Shown here: positions 1 to 11,925 of the stretch, piece after piece
Layout of the letters: each line of letters opens with the position of its first letter
Position numbering within the stretch: position 1 is the stretch's first letter
Assembly (NCBI GenBank): GCA_002269645.1
Contig: NIVC01004505.1
Coordinates: forward strand, 1 to 43,791
DNA from: Macrostomum lignano
Taxonomy: Eukaryota
Length of the DNA stretch: 43,791 bases
Direction: 5' to 3'
The notes under the pieces: generated by a model
What the model was told of the DNA's origin: nothing
Databases searched by the model: none
Seen by the model: only the letters and a program-made list of their open reading frames with translations
Program-made: the position numbers and the translations under genes

Positions 1-123
1 TGTCTGTCTGTCTGTCTGTCTGTCTAGTGTCTGTCTGTCTGTCTGGTCTTAGTGTCTGTCTGTCTGTCTGTCTGTCTTAGTGTCTGTCTGTCTGTGTGTC
101 TGGTGTCTTTCTGTCTGTCTTAG

Positions 124-200
<77 letters not shown>

Positions 201-457
201 TAGTGTCTGTCTGTCTGTCTGTCTTAGTGTCTGTCGGTCTGTCTGTCTGTCTTAGTTGTCTGTCTGTCTGTGTTGTCTGTGTCTTTCTGTCTGTCTTAGT
301 CTGTCTGTCTGTCTGTTGTCTGTGTCTGTCTGTCTGTCTGTCTGTCTTAGTGTCTGTCTGTTGTCTGTCTGTTGTCCTAGTGTCTGTCTGTCTGTCTGTC
401 TGTCTTAGTGTCTGTCTGTCTGTTCTGTCTGTCTGTCTGTCTGTCTGTCTGTCCTAG

Positions 458-497
<40 letters not shown>

Positions 498-555
498 GTC
501 TGTCTGTCTGTCTGTCTGTCTGTTTAGTGTCTGTCTGTCTGTCTGTTTGTCTTAG

Positions 556-623
<68 letters not shown>

Positions 624-627
624 CTAG

Positions 628-691
<64 letters not shown>

Positions 692-710
692 CTAGTGTCT
701 GTCTGTATCT
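1..710. repeat. (TGTC)n microsatellite with TTAG/CTAG interruptions
   Basis: Continuous TGTC tetramer run; ORFs 80..457 and 527..835 (SVCL repeats) are read-through of it. Confidence 0.98.
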
Positions 711-959
711 GCCATGTATTTCTTCCTCTCTTCGCCTCTTCTCCAACAGTATTGAGTTGGCCGCTCGTGCTTGCTTGTTCGATTTGCTGTATTGATCGGG
801 CCTGGCAAAGTTGTTGGTTTAACTTTCTCAGATAAAGAAATGGAAAGTGTAGAGGCAGTCTTCAGCTGTTGATGTACAGCTGGATACGTGACTGCCTTGG
901 ACTTAGGGAGAACTTAGTTAGAGAATAGCTGAGCTGAGCAATAGAGGTCAGAGGAGACA

Positions 960-1330
960 TGATGCATAGTGGAGAAGAGATAAGGGAGAGAGACGTTAAG
1001 AAGAGATGAGAGCAGAAGGAAGAAAGCAGACTAGAAAGTAGAGCAATAGATAAAGTAGAGATAATTGCAGTGAAAGAAAAAGGGAGATAAGTAGATAATT
1101 GTAGTGAGTATAGGAGAGTAAGAGAGGGTATAAGGAGTAGAGATAGAAGGAGAGAGATAGAAGAGTACTAGAGAGTAGAGAGGAGAGAGAGAGGGAGAGA
1201 AGGAGGGAGAAGAGAGATGAAAGATCAGAGATGAGAGAGATGAAAGAGTGGAGAGGAGTAATTAGTGAGGAGAAAGAAGAGAGTAAAAATAAAAATCAGA
1301 GCGCAGGGCGCAAGAGATGAGAGATGGGAG
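960..1330. repeat. Purine-rich (AG) low-complexity tract
   Basis: Plus strand almost entirely A/G with degenerate GAGA/AGTAG units. Confidence 0.8.
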
Positions 1331-1561
1331 TTGATAGATTGTAGAGGATTTGGAGATGATTTGGAAGATGAGATTCAAGTCATGGAATTTCAGCTGATGG
1401 GAGTTCTTCCCCTTCAGAATTCCGGTGATGGGAGTTCTTCCCCTTTCTCCTCCAGAGGAGGAGTTCCACTCGTTTCCTACTAAAAGTAACGTTATAAAGT
1501 TTATGGTTTTTTAATTGCAATGAAAGCTTAATACAAGCTCAATATCTTTGTAATAATTGTA

Positions 1562-1680
1562 TGTTCCAGACTATTCCAGACTATTCCCAAGGATGCTTAG
1601 AGACTATTCCCAAGGCTAATCAGAGACTATTCCCAAAGCTACTCAGAGACTATTCCCAAGGCTACTCAGAGACTATTCCC
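1562..1680. repeat. Short ~21-bp tandem repeat (AGAGACTATTCCCAAGGCTACTC) upstream of the MFS exon acceptor
   Basis: About 5-6 recurrences of GACTATTCC(C). Confidence 0.85.
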
Positions 1681-1745
1681 TCAAGTTACCTAGCCTATAT
1701 GGTTCAATGACTAACCAAACTGTTCCTTCTGCCTCTCACAATCAG

Positions 1746-2866
1746 GCATGATATTCGAGATGCTGGGCACCCTGTGCGGAGTGATGACCTTCACCTTCAT
1801 CACCCAGCACGGGCAGGACAGCTGCCAATTAGCATCCATCGGCAACCTTAGCCTGGCAGCCGGAGACCCCGAGCCGTCGCCAGTCCCAGCCGACGGCTCA
1901 CCAGAGGTGGCGCGCTACCGGCTTGGCGGTACAATCATCGCCTCAGTTGTGTGCGCCTGCGGCTTAGTTGGCTTCGTCGGCACCAGGGAGGTCCCGGCCG
2001 CCGCCGTAGAATCTCCGTCCGTGACGTTGACATCGCCGCCTATTGAGCGTCACCGTCAGCAGACTGTTGCCGCCTGCTGCTACGGCATGCTGTCGGCATT
2101 CAAGCGCTGCCTGCGTCACCGATCCTACCGTCAGCTGATGCTGACCTTCATGCTGAGCTCGCTGGCCATACAGACTGTGCAGAACAGCCTGGCACTGTAC
2201 ACTATCTACAGTTTGCAGATGAAGCCGCATCTGAAGTTCGCCATCGCCATAGTCATGTCCATGGCTATTCTGGCCACCCCGCTGGTGTTCTTAGCTATCA
2301 AGCGTGTGGGCAAGAAGCGCGTATTCTATGTTGGCCTGTTTCTCATCCTGCCCGTGTGCTTGTCCGCCACGTTCTGCCCGGCCGACGACCGGTTTGTACC
2401 GCTCTATTACGTTACCATGCTGGTTGCCGGCTGCTTTGTCAGCGTGAATATGCTGCTGCCGTGGGTTATGCTGCCAGACGTTATCGACGATTACACAGCC
2501 GCCACTGGCCGGTCTAGCGATCAGGACTCCGCCACGTTCTACAGTCTGTACGTGTTCTTCAATAAATTCGCTGTGGGCATCAGCACCGCCTGTCTGCAGC
2601 TGGCCCTGCACCTCACCGGCTATCGGCAGTCTGAGGCCTGCTCGCAGTCTGCCGCCGTTGCCATGGCATTGCGCTGCATTATTGGGCCGCTACCGATGCT
2701 GCTAGTAGCGGCCGCGTTTCTGGCTCTGTTCCGGTATCCCATCACGCCTGAGTACAGAGCTCAACTGGACAAGCGGTTGGCCGAGGCTCGCTTGAACGGG
2801 GCCGCCTGCGGAACTGAGATGAGTCAGCAGACTAGCAAGCTGGATGGCGATGCCAAGGATGCTTGA
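1746..2866 (+). CDS. Terminal coding exon of an MFS transporter, GPH/MelB-MFSD2-like (C-terminal part; upstream exons outside the window)
   Basis: Acceptor ...CTCTCACAATCAG| ending at 1745. About 370 codons with multiple hydrophobic helices and GPH-family motifs (FEMLGT, LLPWVMLPDVIDD, TFYSLYVFFNKFAVGIS, FRYPIT). Stop at 2864-2866; AATAAA near 3303. Confidence 0.85.
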
Positions 2867-3335
2867 CTGCTTCTGTATCTCTCCTGTCACCTATTCCTTC
2901 TTGAGCTCTCGATGAAAACGGTTCCTAGGGCCAAGGAGCGTCCCAGATTCGTTTCAGGTAACACAGGTAAAAATAGGAAGGAAGTGTCTGTGAGTCGCCT
3001 AAGAGTCAATTTGAGGCGTTTTATTGTCTGCGACTCTGAAGCCGTAGAGTCGTGTCTGGGGCGTGCAATAGTCGCTGTGGAACTCTATTTAGCCTGCTTG
3101 ACTCTCAGGCCAAGCGCCAACTTGTAGCTCTCTGTCCTATCTGTCTCTGTTGTCATGGTCGTTGTCTAATATCTGCTTGCCTAAAAAAAGTTTGGAATCA
3201 CGTTCTTTCATTTGATAAAAAAAACGTTTGTTTGTATTGCTGATCGTGTAGACCCAATAGTCTACTGCATTATCAATGCTCTCATAAAAATCCAATCCAT
3301 TGAATAAAAAAAAATCATAAAAGGCACTATTTCAA

Positions 3336-3530
3336 ACTGGGGGGGGGGTCGCCACACACAGCCTCAATTACCCCAGCTAATGCTGGCACCCATTTTACAG
3401 CTGGGAGAACTGAAGGAATGCAGAGTTAAGTGTCCTTCTCAAGGACACAAATTGGTCCGAGTGGGTCGAGAATCGAACCCCCGACCTTTCAGTCGTGAGC
3501 CTGACGCTCTAACCACTATACTACAAGCCC
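3336..3530 (-). mobile_element. tRNA-derived SINE with CORE-like domain, 3'-truncated
   Basis: Reverse complement starts GGGCTTGTAGTATAGTGGTTAGAGC (A box), has GGTTCGATTC (B box), then CTTGAGAAGGACACTTAAC...CAGCTGTAAAATGGG. Same family as 7105-7360 and 27051-27316. Confidence 0.85.
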
Positions 3531-4488
3531 TTGTACTTATACAATAAATTAACATATCAACAAAAGTTTGTAAGTCAAATCAAAAATGAAATTTTCCAAA
3601 CCTGTCGAATTTTATGCTTGCATCACTAAGTTTTTGAACGCCCCTCATGTCTGGTAAAATAAAATTCTCAAATTTGTTCTGCTATTTCGCACAGCAGGTG
3701 CCAATAGTCTACACAGAGGCTTGTACACTGTACTACTAGCAGTAGGCATTGAGTGGCGGTAGCTAGCATGCTATCGCTATGCATTTATGACAAACATGCT
3801 TAGTTACTAGAGATGTTTTTGCTGTCCACTTAAGTTTTATATGATCAAATGCAATGCAATTTACTGCTTAATTGGCTGCTCATAAGGATAGTTTCTTCAA
3901 TCATTCGAAATGTTTGTCCACGTGTTGCGAGATTTTAGGCAGGATTGGTTTTTTGTCATTTTTATAAATTAATTGTCAAATTTTCTGCAACTAGTTATAT
4001 AAAATCCTGTTGTCTTTTTTCTTCTACAGTTCACTGAAGCTCCACTAAAGCAACGACCCTTAAACATTTTCTAGCTATTCCCAATTGAACAATTACAGCT
4101 CAAAACGGCAACTGCCCCCCTTTTTGTAGATTGGCATTTTTCCTTGTTTTCTTGTTTTAATCTTTTAGTTACTTATATAAACACGAAATTCCTTTGTAAA
4201 CCGAAACACCTGCCCAGTCTTGGTCTGTCTGGCAGGTTGCTACATATTATGCTAACTGATTAGATGTTCACTTTCTTCTCTTAACTGTACACTAGCCAAG
4301 CTCGAATGTAATGTTATGAAATATATTTACAAAGCACAGCTAAAAATCTAATTGTTTTCTTTTTTGTTTCACATTGAAGCCGAATCTTCAGCCGTTTGTT
4401 TCGGTCCTGTGTTCGTAGCTTGGCAATCCTTTGTTTTTAGGGGTATATTGCAGCTCATTGAAATTTCATCTTTAATGTTCTGCATTTG

Positions 4489-4928
4489 AGATCTGGTGGC
4501 CCAGCAACTGAGGATCTGGGAGGCTGGTCCAGCAACTGAGGATCTGGGAGGCTGGTCCAGCAACTGAGGATCTGGGAGTGTGGCCCAGCAACTGAGGATC
4601 TGGGAGGCTGGTCCAGCAACTGAGGATCTGGGAGTGTGGCCTAGCAACTGAGGATCTAGGAGTGTGGCCTACAACTGAGGATCTGGGAGGCTGGCCCAGC
4701 AACTGAGGATCTGGGAGGCTGGCCCAGCAACTGAGGATCTGGGAGGCTGGCCCAGCAACTGAGGATCTGGGAGGCTGGCCCAGCAACTGAGATCTGGGAG
4801 GCTGGCCCAGCAACTGAGGATCTGGGAGGCTGGCCCAGCAACTGAGGATCTGGGAGGCTGGCCCAACAACTGGGGATCTGGGAGGCTGGCCCAGCATCTG
4901 AGGATCTGGGAGTGTGGCCCAGCAACTG
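4489..4928. repeat. 28-bp minisatellite GGCCCAGCAACTGAGGATCTGGGA(GGCT/GTGT), locus 1
   Basis: About 15 tandem units; same unit as 10004-11064. Confidence 0.97.
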
Positions 4929-5154
4929 CCCGTCGGTAAATAATTGTAGGCTGAATGGCACTTAACATTTTTTGCAAGTTATTTCTGGCTTGTCCGTTCC
5001 AGACGATAGATATCTCTTAGCAGAGCATGTCACGTATGTTCTCCTTCTGTCAGACTAGTATATCTTTGCGTACATGAAGCCATCTCACATCCGAGAGTCT
5101 CGATTCGCCACCATGCATAGCTTACCATAGCCGTCAGGAACAGATATACTAATG

Positions 5155-6309
5155 GGTGGCGCGCATAGGTAACTATAAACCTCGACATGGACCACAGATT
5201 CTATAAACACTAGATGGCTCACTCTCCATTCCTTCAGTGGAGGCCAAATTCTCACTGTCTATGGTTGGAATCCCTCGCTCGCGAGACTTCGCCCCCCCGC
5301 GCCAGCAGCTTAATTTTTATAACTAGCGTAGAGCCAGCAAAAAAACTTTTCTCTCACTGATTCTAGCACACCCAGTTCTTTCTCCTGCAACAACTAGATA
5401 GAATTATATATTTGACACTGAACACCGAAGGCGAAGACCAACAAGCTTCTGGTAATGAACTAAAAAATCTGCTGTGCTGCAGGCTGCAAAAATAAGCCAG
5501 TTACCTCTCCGCCTCAAAACACCCCCATCAAGCTGCACCGATTTCCTCAAGATACGGCAACCGCTACGCGATGGATGCAGATTCTGAAGCTGCCGTTCCC
5601 GCTCGAGGAAGTTCGATGCAGAGACTTAAAAGTGTGCAGCGATCATTTTGTGGAAGAGGCGTACTCTTGCCCATCTGCCATGCAACATGAACCAGGCTCT
5701 CGGCTGAAGTGGAACGCTCTTCCCCATCTGCAGCTAGTGATGCCTCGATTGCTGCCAGAGAATCTGGAGTCTGTCATCTTGCGGAGTTCCTTTGCTACCA
5801 GTTTTACCCAGCCACCTCCACAAATGATGGCACCAGGTTGTGAAAATCTGAAGGCAGTAGGATTTTCCAATCAGAATTTATGCGACAATTATCGTCACTT
5901 TAAGAGACTTCTTTACGATATGCCTTTGTTTAAGTGCCGATAATTGTGGTATAACGTGTGACAAGCAGGTCCTATTGACGTCAGCTTTTTACAGTATGCT
6001 GCTTCTATCTAAACGAAGGACAGTGTGAAATTTGAGACATCTTCGATTTTTCTATCAAACGTTATGGCAAAAAGTTCGGCAATTTTGAGGTAAATGCCTC
6101 GCTTTCACTTCCCATAGCTAGAAGAATAGAACAAAGTAGAAGAGTATAGAACACATTAAAAGCCTGCGTTTAACACTAGGGCTAAAATAGCGATTCCAAC
6201 CATAGACGATCTGTTTGGGAGCAAGATTTTTCGCTGAGTGAGCCATCTAGTGTTTATAGAATCTGTGACATAGACTAAACTTTAAATTTGTAGTTACTTA
6301 AGCGCCACC
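5155..6309. mobile_element. THAP-containing cassette flanked by nested inverted repeats (probable non-autonomous DNA transposon, or an inverted MITE pair)
   Basis: Perfect 32-bp inverted pair 5193-5224/6236-6267; perfect 16-bp pair 5257-5272/6192-6207; GGTGGCGC at 5155 vs GCGCCACC ending 6309. No TSD found. Confidence 0.6.
5455..5943 (+). pseudogene. THAP zinc-finger domain ORF with an in-frame stop at codon 3
   Basis: Frame reads MN*KICCAAGCKNK...LHRFP...RWMQIL...KVCSDHF...LKWNALP, the C2CH THAP signature with conserved P, W and F. TAA at 5461-5463 separates the ATG from the domain. Confidence 0.8.
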
Positions 6310-6339
6310 GGGTATGTATGTGGCTATAGATTAAAACAT

Positions 6340-6930
6340 GGGCAAGCCGGTAGAAATTAGTGAGGTTGAGGCAGGGTTAGCACTGCATGCTGAGGCGTGA
6401 GGCCGGAGCAAGCGACAGAAGCCTCTGCAGAAATTTCACTGCGGGTCCTGTAGAGAGCGGCTTTTCCTGCATGAGAAGTGGAGGCTCCAACGATTGTTCC
6501 TGATGACTACAGACAGGCAGCTGCAGCTTTTAGATCAATAAGTTGTCAACCAGCTTCTTGGCAGTAGCTTCAGCCGTAAGAACTGCTAGTAAGACTAGCA
6601 GGTAATAATCTGCTTCAGTCTGCTCCTGAGTTGCTGCTGCAGTCGCTCACACTGATGAGGCAGGCACAAGAGGAGATACGCAGTGAGGATAGGTAGGGGA
6701 ATGAGAATCTGGCTGGTTGTTCGTGTTGTGAAGTAAATAGAGACTTTATTCAAGTAGCTGTGTGAGAGTCTAGTGTAGTTCCCCCTCAGGAATATCAGTA
6801 ACATTTTGCACGGCCAGTTCTTACTCGTGAGTTCGCGTCGGGTTGAAGTCGCACTTTTACACTTTTTCTTCGACTGCGATTGCATCATTGATGCAAAAGT
6901 CAATGGAGAATTGCTCAAAGCGACAGAATG
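6340..6930 (-). pseudogene. Decayed reading frame of unknown origin
   Basis: One frame stays protein-like for about 190 codons (EQFSIDFCINDAIAVEEKV*KCDF...KKLVDNLLI*KLQLPV...) with about 7 stops, mostly TAA/TAG. Confidence 0.3.
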
Positions 6931-7104
6931 TTAGTTTTGTTTTTGTTTTGACTTGCATGTAATTCTTTGTTTTCTTCCGATGCATTGACTGTTACAAGAG
7001 CCCATGAAATGCTTTGGCTTTTTTCATTAATATGCTGCCAGTCTAATAATGAAAAGAATGCTCATAAATTTAACTCGTTCTACTGAGAAATTTCACAACA
7101 GCTA

Positions 7105-7360
7105 ATAATTAAATAATAATAATTGATTACACCTGCCCTAATATGCAGATGTGCAACCGACAGCTCAGCCGCAGCTATTGCGCGGTGCATCTGAAGGCTG
7201 CGTACGGCTGTTCAGTCCAAGGACTGGGGGGTCGCCACACACACCCTCAATTACCCCAGCTAATGCTGGCACCCATTTTACAGCTGGGTGAACTGAGGCA
7301 ATGCACAGGTAAGTGTCTTGCTCAAGGTCACAGGTTGGATTCCCTATTCCACTGGAACAA
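7105..7360 (-). mobile_element. CORE-like SINE copy, 5'-truncated, with (TTA)n tail and a short 5' inversion
   Basis: 7147-7331 matches the reverse complement of the 27051 copy; minus-strand tail ...GTGTAATCAATTATTATTATT; 7333-7360 is the B-box segment in the opposite orientation. Confidence 0.85.
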
Positions 7361-8622
7361 CAGCTGCGAAGGCTGTGTATTTTTTTTATTAGAGGCAGGG
7401 GGGTTGTGTGCACCCTGGCGCACTTTAAGCGACATAGGCACACAACCGGCGAGAGGCATTGCTGCCCATTCCGCCGACTCCCCTGAGCAGGCATACAAGC
7501 GCGCGGATACGTACGCAGGCACACACTCACACAGGAGTGTACAGCGGCCCTAACTTTATATTATCGTTAGGCATGTACACTTCACTGTGCCTTGGGGGGT
7601 TGGCTCTCAAGGCCGTTAATTGCACGAGCAGAGCCAAGCCGAGATTCCAATTCAGCCCCAAATTATGTGACAGCACTTGGAATCGAGTCTGGGTCGCTGG
7701 GACACCAGAGCCTGCGCTAGACCGCTGGGCTGTGTAAGTGAAGTTTAAGTCTCAACTCAGTGTCGCGGTAGTCTTGTATTCGACTCGTCAAATGAGTAGC
7801 GTATAGCAGATCGTCAGCCGAGATAGAGCTACACTAATAAAGGAGGAATGCACGCGGAATTTACCTAAATGGACACAGCAACCTGGGGTGAGAGGATAGT
7901 GAAGTGCTTGACTGGTGAGAGGACTCTAAATCCAACCTTAACTCTGATCTGCACGCGGTAGGATGTTGAGTATTGAGTGTTGAGACTAAATGCAGACAGG
8001 GGGGGGGTAAAAAAACAAAACAATGACTTTCATGCAAAAGAGAGAAGCAGGGCAAAGTCAAGACAGAAAAACCAGCCTGTAGACCAGAATTAAAATACAG
8101 TAGCTACTGGGGAGACTGAGCAAGAAGCATTTGAGCTGCAGACCTCACTGCATGACACGCACAACGCAGCAGTATTACTTAACGTAAAAAGGAAGTCGCA
8201 ACTGGTCTCGTAAATAATATGCATCTTTACCACAAATTAGAAAATCACAACAACGAGTTCATCTGGCATATTTTACGAGCGTAATTACCAGATTGCTTTA
8301 CATAAATACAGAACAATAGCCATCATCAGTGAGAATAATTTTCGCGGCCCCTGCAGTCAAGCTAATGAAGTAATAAAGGAGAACAATACGAGTACATTAG
8401 TGTAATCATAGTCAATACACGAGTGCAAATTCAAATAAAAAAGCGTCATAGTTGGAGATACCGCAGTACAAAAGTTGCGAGCTAGAACAAACGAATCAAA
8501 TATATCAAAATAAAAAAGTAACAGGTCGCCATCTTACCTAACCCTACCTGATATCCACGTCTGCTTGAAAGTTTTCGATGTTTTGAAACTTTCAGAAGGG
8601 AACTGAATCACTGAGAGCTCAC

Positions 8623-9194
8623 CAATCAGCTGGAAGAAGCGAATCTCGCAGATGGTCAGGATCAGTCCAGTCAGGGTCTGAATCCGCAGCACTCTGCCGC
8701 TAAGGCCGCAGCTCACATTGAAGACGGACTCGGAAGCATTGGTGAAGTAGCTGGCGCACTGAACTTCGTCCATCAGCAGCTGGAAGAAGCGAATCTCGCA
8801 GATGGTCAGGATCAGTCCAGTCAGGGTCTGAATCCGCAGCACTCTGCCGCTAAGGCCGCAGCTCACATTGAAGACGGACTCGGAAGCATTGGTGAAGTAG
8901 CTGGCGCACTGAACTTCGTCCATCAGCAGCTGGAAGTTCGCCAGCCTCTCCGGGCAGCAGTCGGCTCGATTCCACAGGGTGACCAAGTCGACTCGAACTG
9001 AGGAGTTGAACTCGGCCTGCCACCAGGCTGCCGTGTCTGAGGCACCTGTAGCTGAGCAGCTGAGGGAGCCCCAGTCCTGCGCTGTGCTGCCATCGATGGC
9101 CTTGTCGCAGGTGGCGTATGTCGAATATTCGGAGCTGTGCTGGCAGGAGTCTGGCCACAGTGGCTGCACAACTGGCTGCGCCGTCAGCTGCGGC
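8623..9194 (-). CDS. F-type lectin (fucolectin/FTP) domain exon with an internal 150-bp duplication
   Basis: CDKAIDG (Ca-binding DG), WWQAEF, LWNRADCCPERL (R-x-D-x4-R), GRVLRI, LTICEI. Donor G|GTGAG at 8622. Downstream exons not resolved. Confidence 0.88.
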
Positions 9195-9614
9195 CTGCAA
9201 TTGAGAAATGCTAGTGGGGCTGGCTCTCTCCGACTTCCAGGTTTACACTCTGCATTAGACACCTCGGCAGCGCCTTGGCTCGGAAACCAGAAATTACAGG
9301 TTCGAATCCGCGCCGTTTGACGCAAAGAACTGCGTTGACAAAGGCAAACGAATATTTGAGACACAAACACAGAGTATGTACATGCACGATGCAAAAGTGT
9401 GTGCTTGTGCACGAGGGAATTGTGTTCTCAAGGGCAGCCGAACTAAAATTCTTAAACAACCGGCAGCTGTCTGACTGTCACCAGGGGCTTCAATCTGTTC
9501 CATTTATGTGAATGGAACACAGGAAAAACGCCCAAAACAAACCTACTAATGCAGATTTTACATAGCTACAACCCAGCAAGCAGTTGGCACAGCCCGCACA
9601 CGTTTGGCACTCAC

Positions 9615-9655
9615 CAAACAGCTGGTAATATTAAAGCTATCAATGTAAACTTCAT
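9615..9655 (-). CDS. F-type lectin gene, first coding exon (signal peptide MKFTLIALILPAV)
   Basis: ATG at 9655; donor TG|GTGAG at 9614. Joins in phase 2 to the acceptor TTGCAG| before 9194, giving MKFTLIALILPAVWPQLTA-QPVV. Confidence 0.7.
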
Positions 9656-10003
9656 GTGATTTGAAATTATCTATGCAAGCTTAAAAATCTAAAATTCAAT
9701 CTCTCGGCAAATCCATCATCACAGCGAGCAGTGCAGTGAATAAATAATATTCTCTAAATTCAGAAAACCAGCCACTTCCAGCTCAGCTTTCTTCGAGGGT
9801 GCTGATTGGTCCGGGCCATCAAGGTTCCGGAAAGTCAGGGTAAAAAGCTTGTAGTTTGAATTTTGCTTTGCTAGCTCGTACTAATCAGTAGCAGTAGAAG
9901 ACTTTGGAGAAACAATTAAAAAAATTGATTTGTTATTCTGCGTCAGGATGCTCCCCAAGAGCTCATGTATTTTTAACCAAAATTAGGCCATCAAATAAAT
10001 TGT

Positions 10004-11064
10004 AAGAGGATCTGTGAGTGTGGCCCAGCAACTGAGGATCTGGGAAGCTGGCCCAGCAACAGAGGATCTGGGAGTGTGGCCCAGCAACTGAGGATCTGGG
10101 AGGCTGGCCCAGCAACTGAGGATCTGGGAGTGTGGCCCAGCAACTGAGGATCTGGGAGGCTGGTCCAGCAACTGAGGATCTGGGAGTGTGGCCCAGCAAC
10201 TGAGGATCTGGGAGGCTGGCCCAGCAACTGAGGATCTGGGAGTGTGGCCCAGCAACAGAGGATCTGGGAGTGTGGCCCAGCAACTGAGGATCTGGGAGGC
10301 TGGCCCAGCAACTGAGGATCTGGGAGTGTGGCCCAGCAACTGAGGATCTGGGAGGCTGGTACAGCAACTGAGGATCTGGGAGTGTGGCCCAGCAACTGAG
10401 GATCTGGGAGGCTGGCCCAGCAACTGAGGATCTGGGAGTGTGGCCCAGCAACTGAGGATCTGGGAGGCTGGCCCAGCAACTGAGGATCTGGGAGTGTGGC
10501 CCAGCAACTGAGGATCTGGGAGTGTGGCCCAGCAACTGAGGATCTGGGAGGCTGGTCCAGCAACTGAGGATCTGGGAGTGTGGCCTACAACTGAGGATCT
10601 AGGAGTGTGGCCTACAACTGAGGATCTGGGAGTGTGGCCTACAACTGAGGATCTGGGAGGCTGGCCCAGCAACTGAGGATCTGGGAGGCTGGCCCAGCAA
10701 CTGAGGATCTGGGAGGCTGGCCCAGCAACTGAGGATCTGGGAGGCTGGCCCAGCAACTGAGGATCTGGGAGGCTGGCCCAGCAACTGAGGATCTGCGAGG
10801 CTGTTTCAGCAACTGAGGATCTGGGAGGCTGGCCCAGCAACTGAGGATCTGGGAGGCTGGCCCAGCAACTAAGGATCTGGGAGGCTGGTCCAGCAACTGA
10901 GGATCTGGGAGGCCGGCCCAGCAACTGAGGATCTGGGAGGCTCGCCCAGCAACTGAGGATCTGGGAGGCTGGCCCAGAAACTGAGGATCTGAAAGGCTGG
11001 CCCAGCAACTGAGGATCTGGGAGGCTCGGCCCAAACAACTGGGGATCTGGGAGGGCGGCCCAGC
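10004..11064. repeat. 28-bp minisatellite, locus 2 (same family as 4489-4928)
   Basis: About 37 units; GTGT variants dominate the left half and GGCT variants the right half. Confidence 0.97.
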
Positions 11065-11605
11065 TGCTTAAAATTTCTTTTTGCGAAGTTTTGAAATTAG
11101 TTTGGAGGTAATCACAGTAATTAAGTATCAATTTTTAGCAAGGCAAATTGCAAAACGTTTTTACAATAGGTATATTATTTGAGTGCATTATTAATAAGCA
11201 AGACACGCAAGCGGGAGAGTTAAGTTACAATGCAATCGATACAGTCGCAAGCCGGGATAAAAGACAGGGCCAATATTGAATACGTAGCTCTTACGTATAT
11301 GTGATTTAATTATAATTTAAAATAGGCTGAGAAATTGATACGTTTCTCAGTAATACGAGAAAAAAATTAATATTGGCCTAGCTGGCAATCTGCAGATTAA
11401 TACAGTGCGCCAAAGTATTTTATTTACAGTCTAAAGGGTAGTTTGTTATGACTGCTAGACCATGAAGTGTTATTACACAGCAGGGGTGCAAAAATTGCAA
11501 GAATTACTCTCTCCTGCATGCTGTTTAACACAACGCTTCAATATCTACGGGAGATATCATAATGAATATTTCCGATGCATTAAACTACGCATAAGAAATT
11601 GCCGC

Positions 11606-11925
11606 ATGGTCGGAGACTCGAACTGGGGTCTGGGAATCTAGGAGGTCGGAGAATCGAACTCGGGACCTCGGAGGTCTGAGACTTGAATTGGGGATTTGAG
11701 AGGTCTGAGACTCGAACTCGGGACCTCAGAGGTCGGAGACTTGAACTGGGGGTATGAGAATGAGAGGTCTGAGACTCGAACTCGGAACCTCGGAGGCTTG
11801 AGACTTGAACTGGGAATATGAGAGGTTCCAAATGAGACTCGAACTCGGGACCTCAGAGGTTTGAAACTCGAACTCGGGACCTCAGAGGTTTGAAACTCGA
11901 ACTGGGGACCATAAATTCGGAGACT
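11606..11925. repeat. Degenerate ~29-bp tandem repeat GAGACTCGAACTCGGGACCTCAGAGGT
   Basis: About 10 imperfect units downstream of the TFIIB stop. Confidence 0.9.

Noticed and set aside
80-835. Cys/Val-rich ORFs (SVCL)n
   Set aside because: Translation of the TGTC microsatellite.
7861-7995. Candidate downstream exon of the lectin gene (FN3-like LNTQYSTSYRVQIRVKV in one frame)
   Set aside because: It has plausible splice sites, but that frame needs phase 2 while the lectin exon ends in phase 1; not supportable without RNA data.
9963-11131. Long ORFs up to 382 aa, and similar ORFs at 4369-4977, 25620-26347, 30649-31194, 31782-33278, 41298-42675 and 43359-43761
   Set aside because: Stop-free read-through of minisatellites, open in several frames at once, with no splice or domain support.
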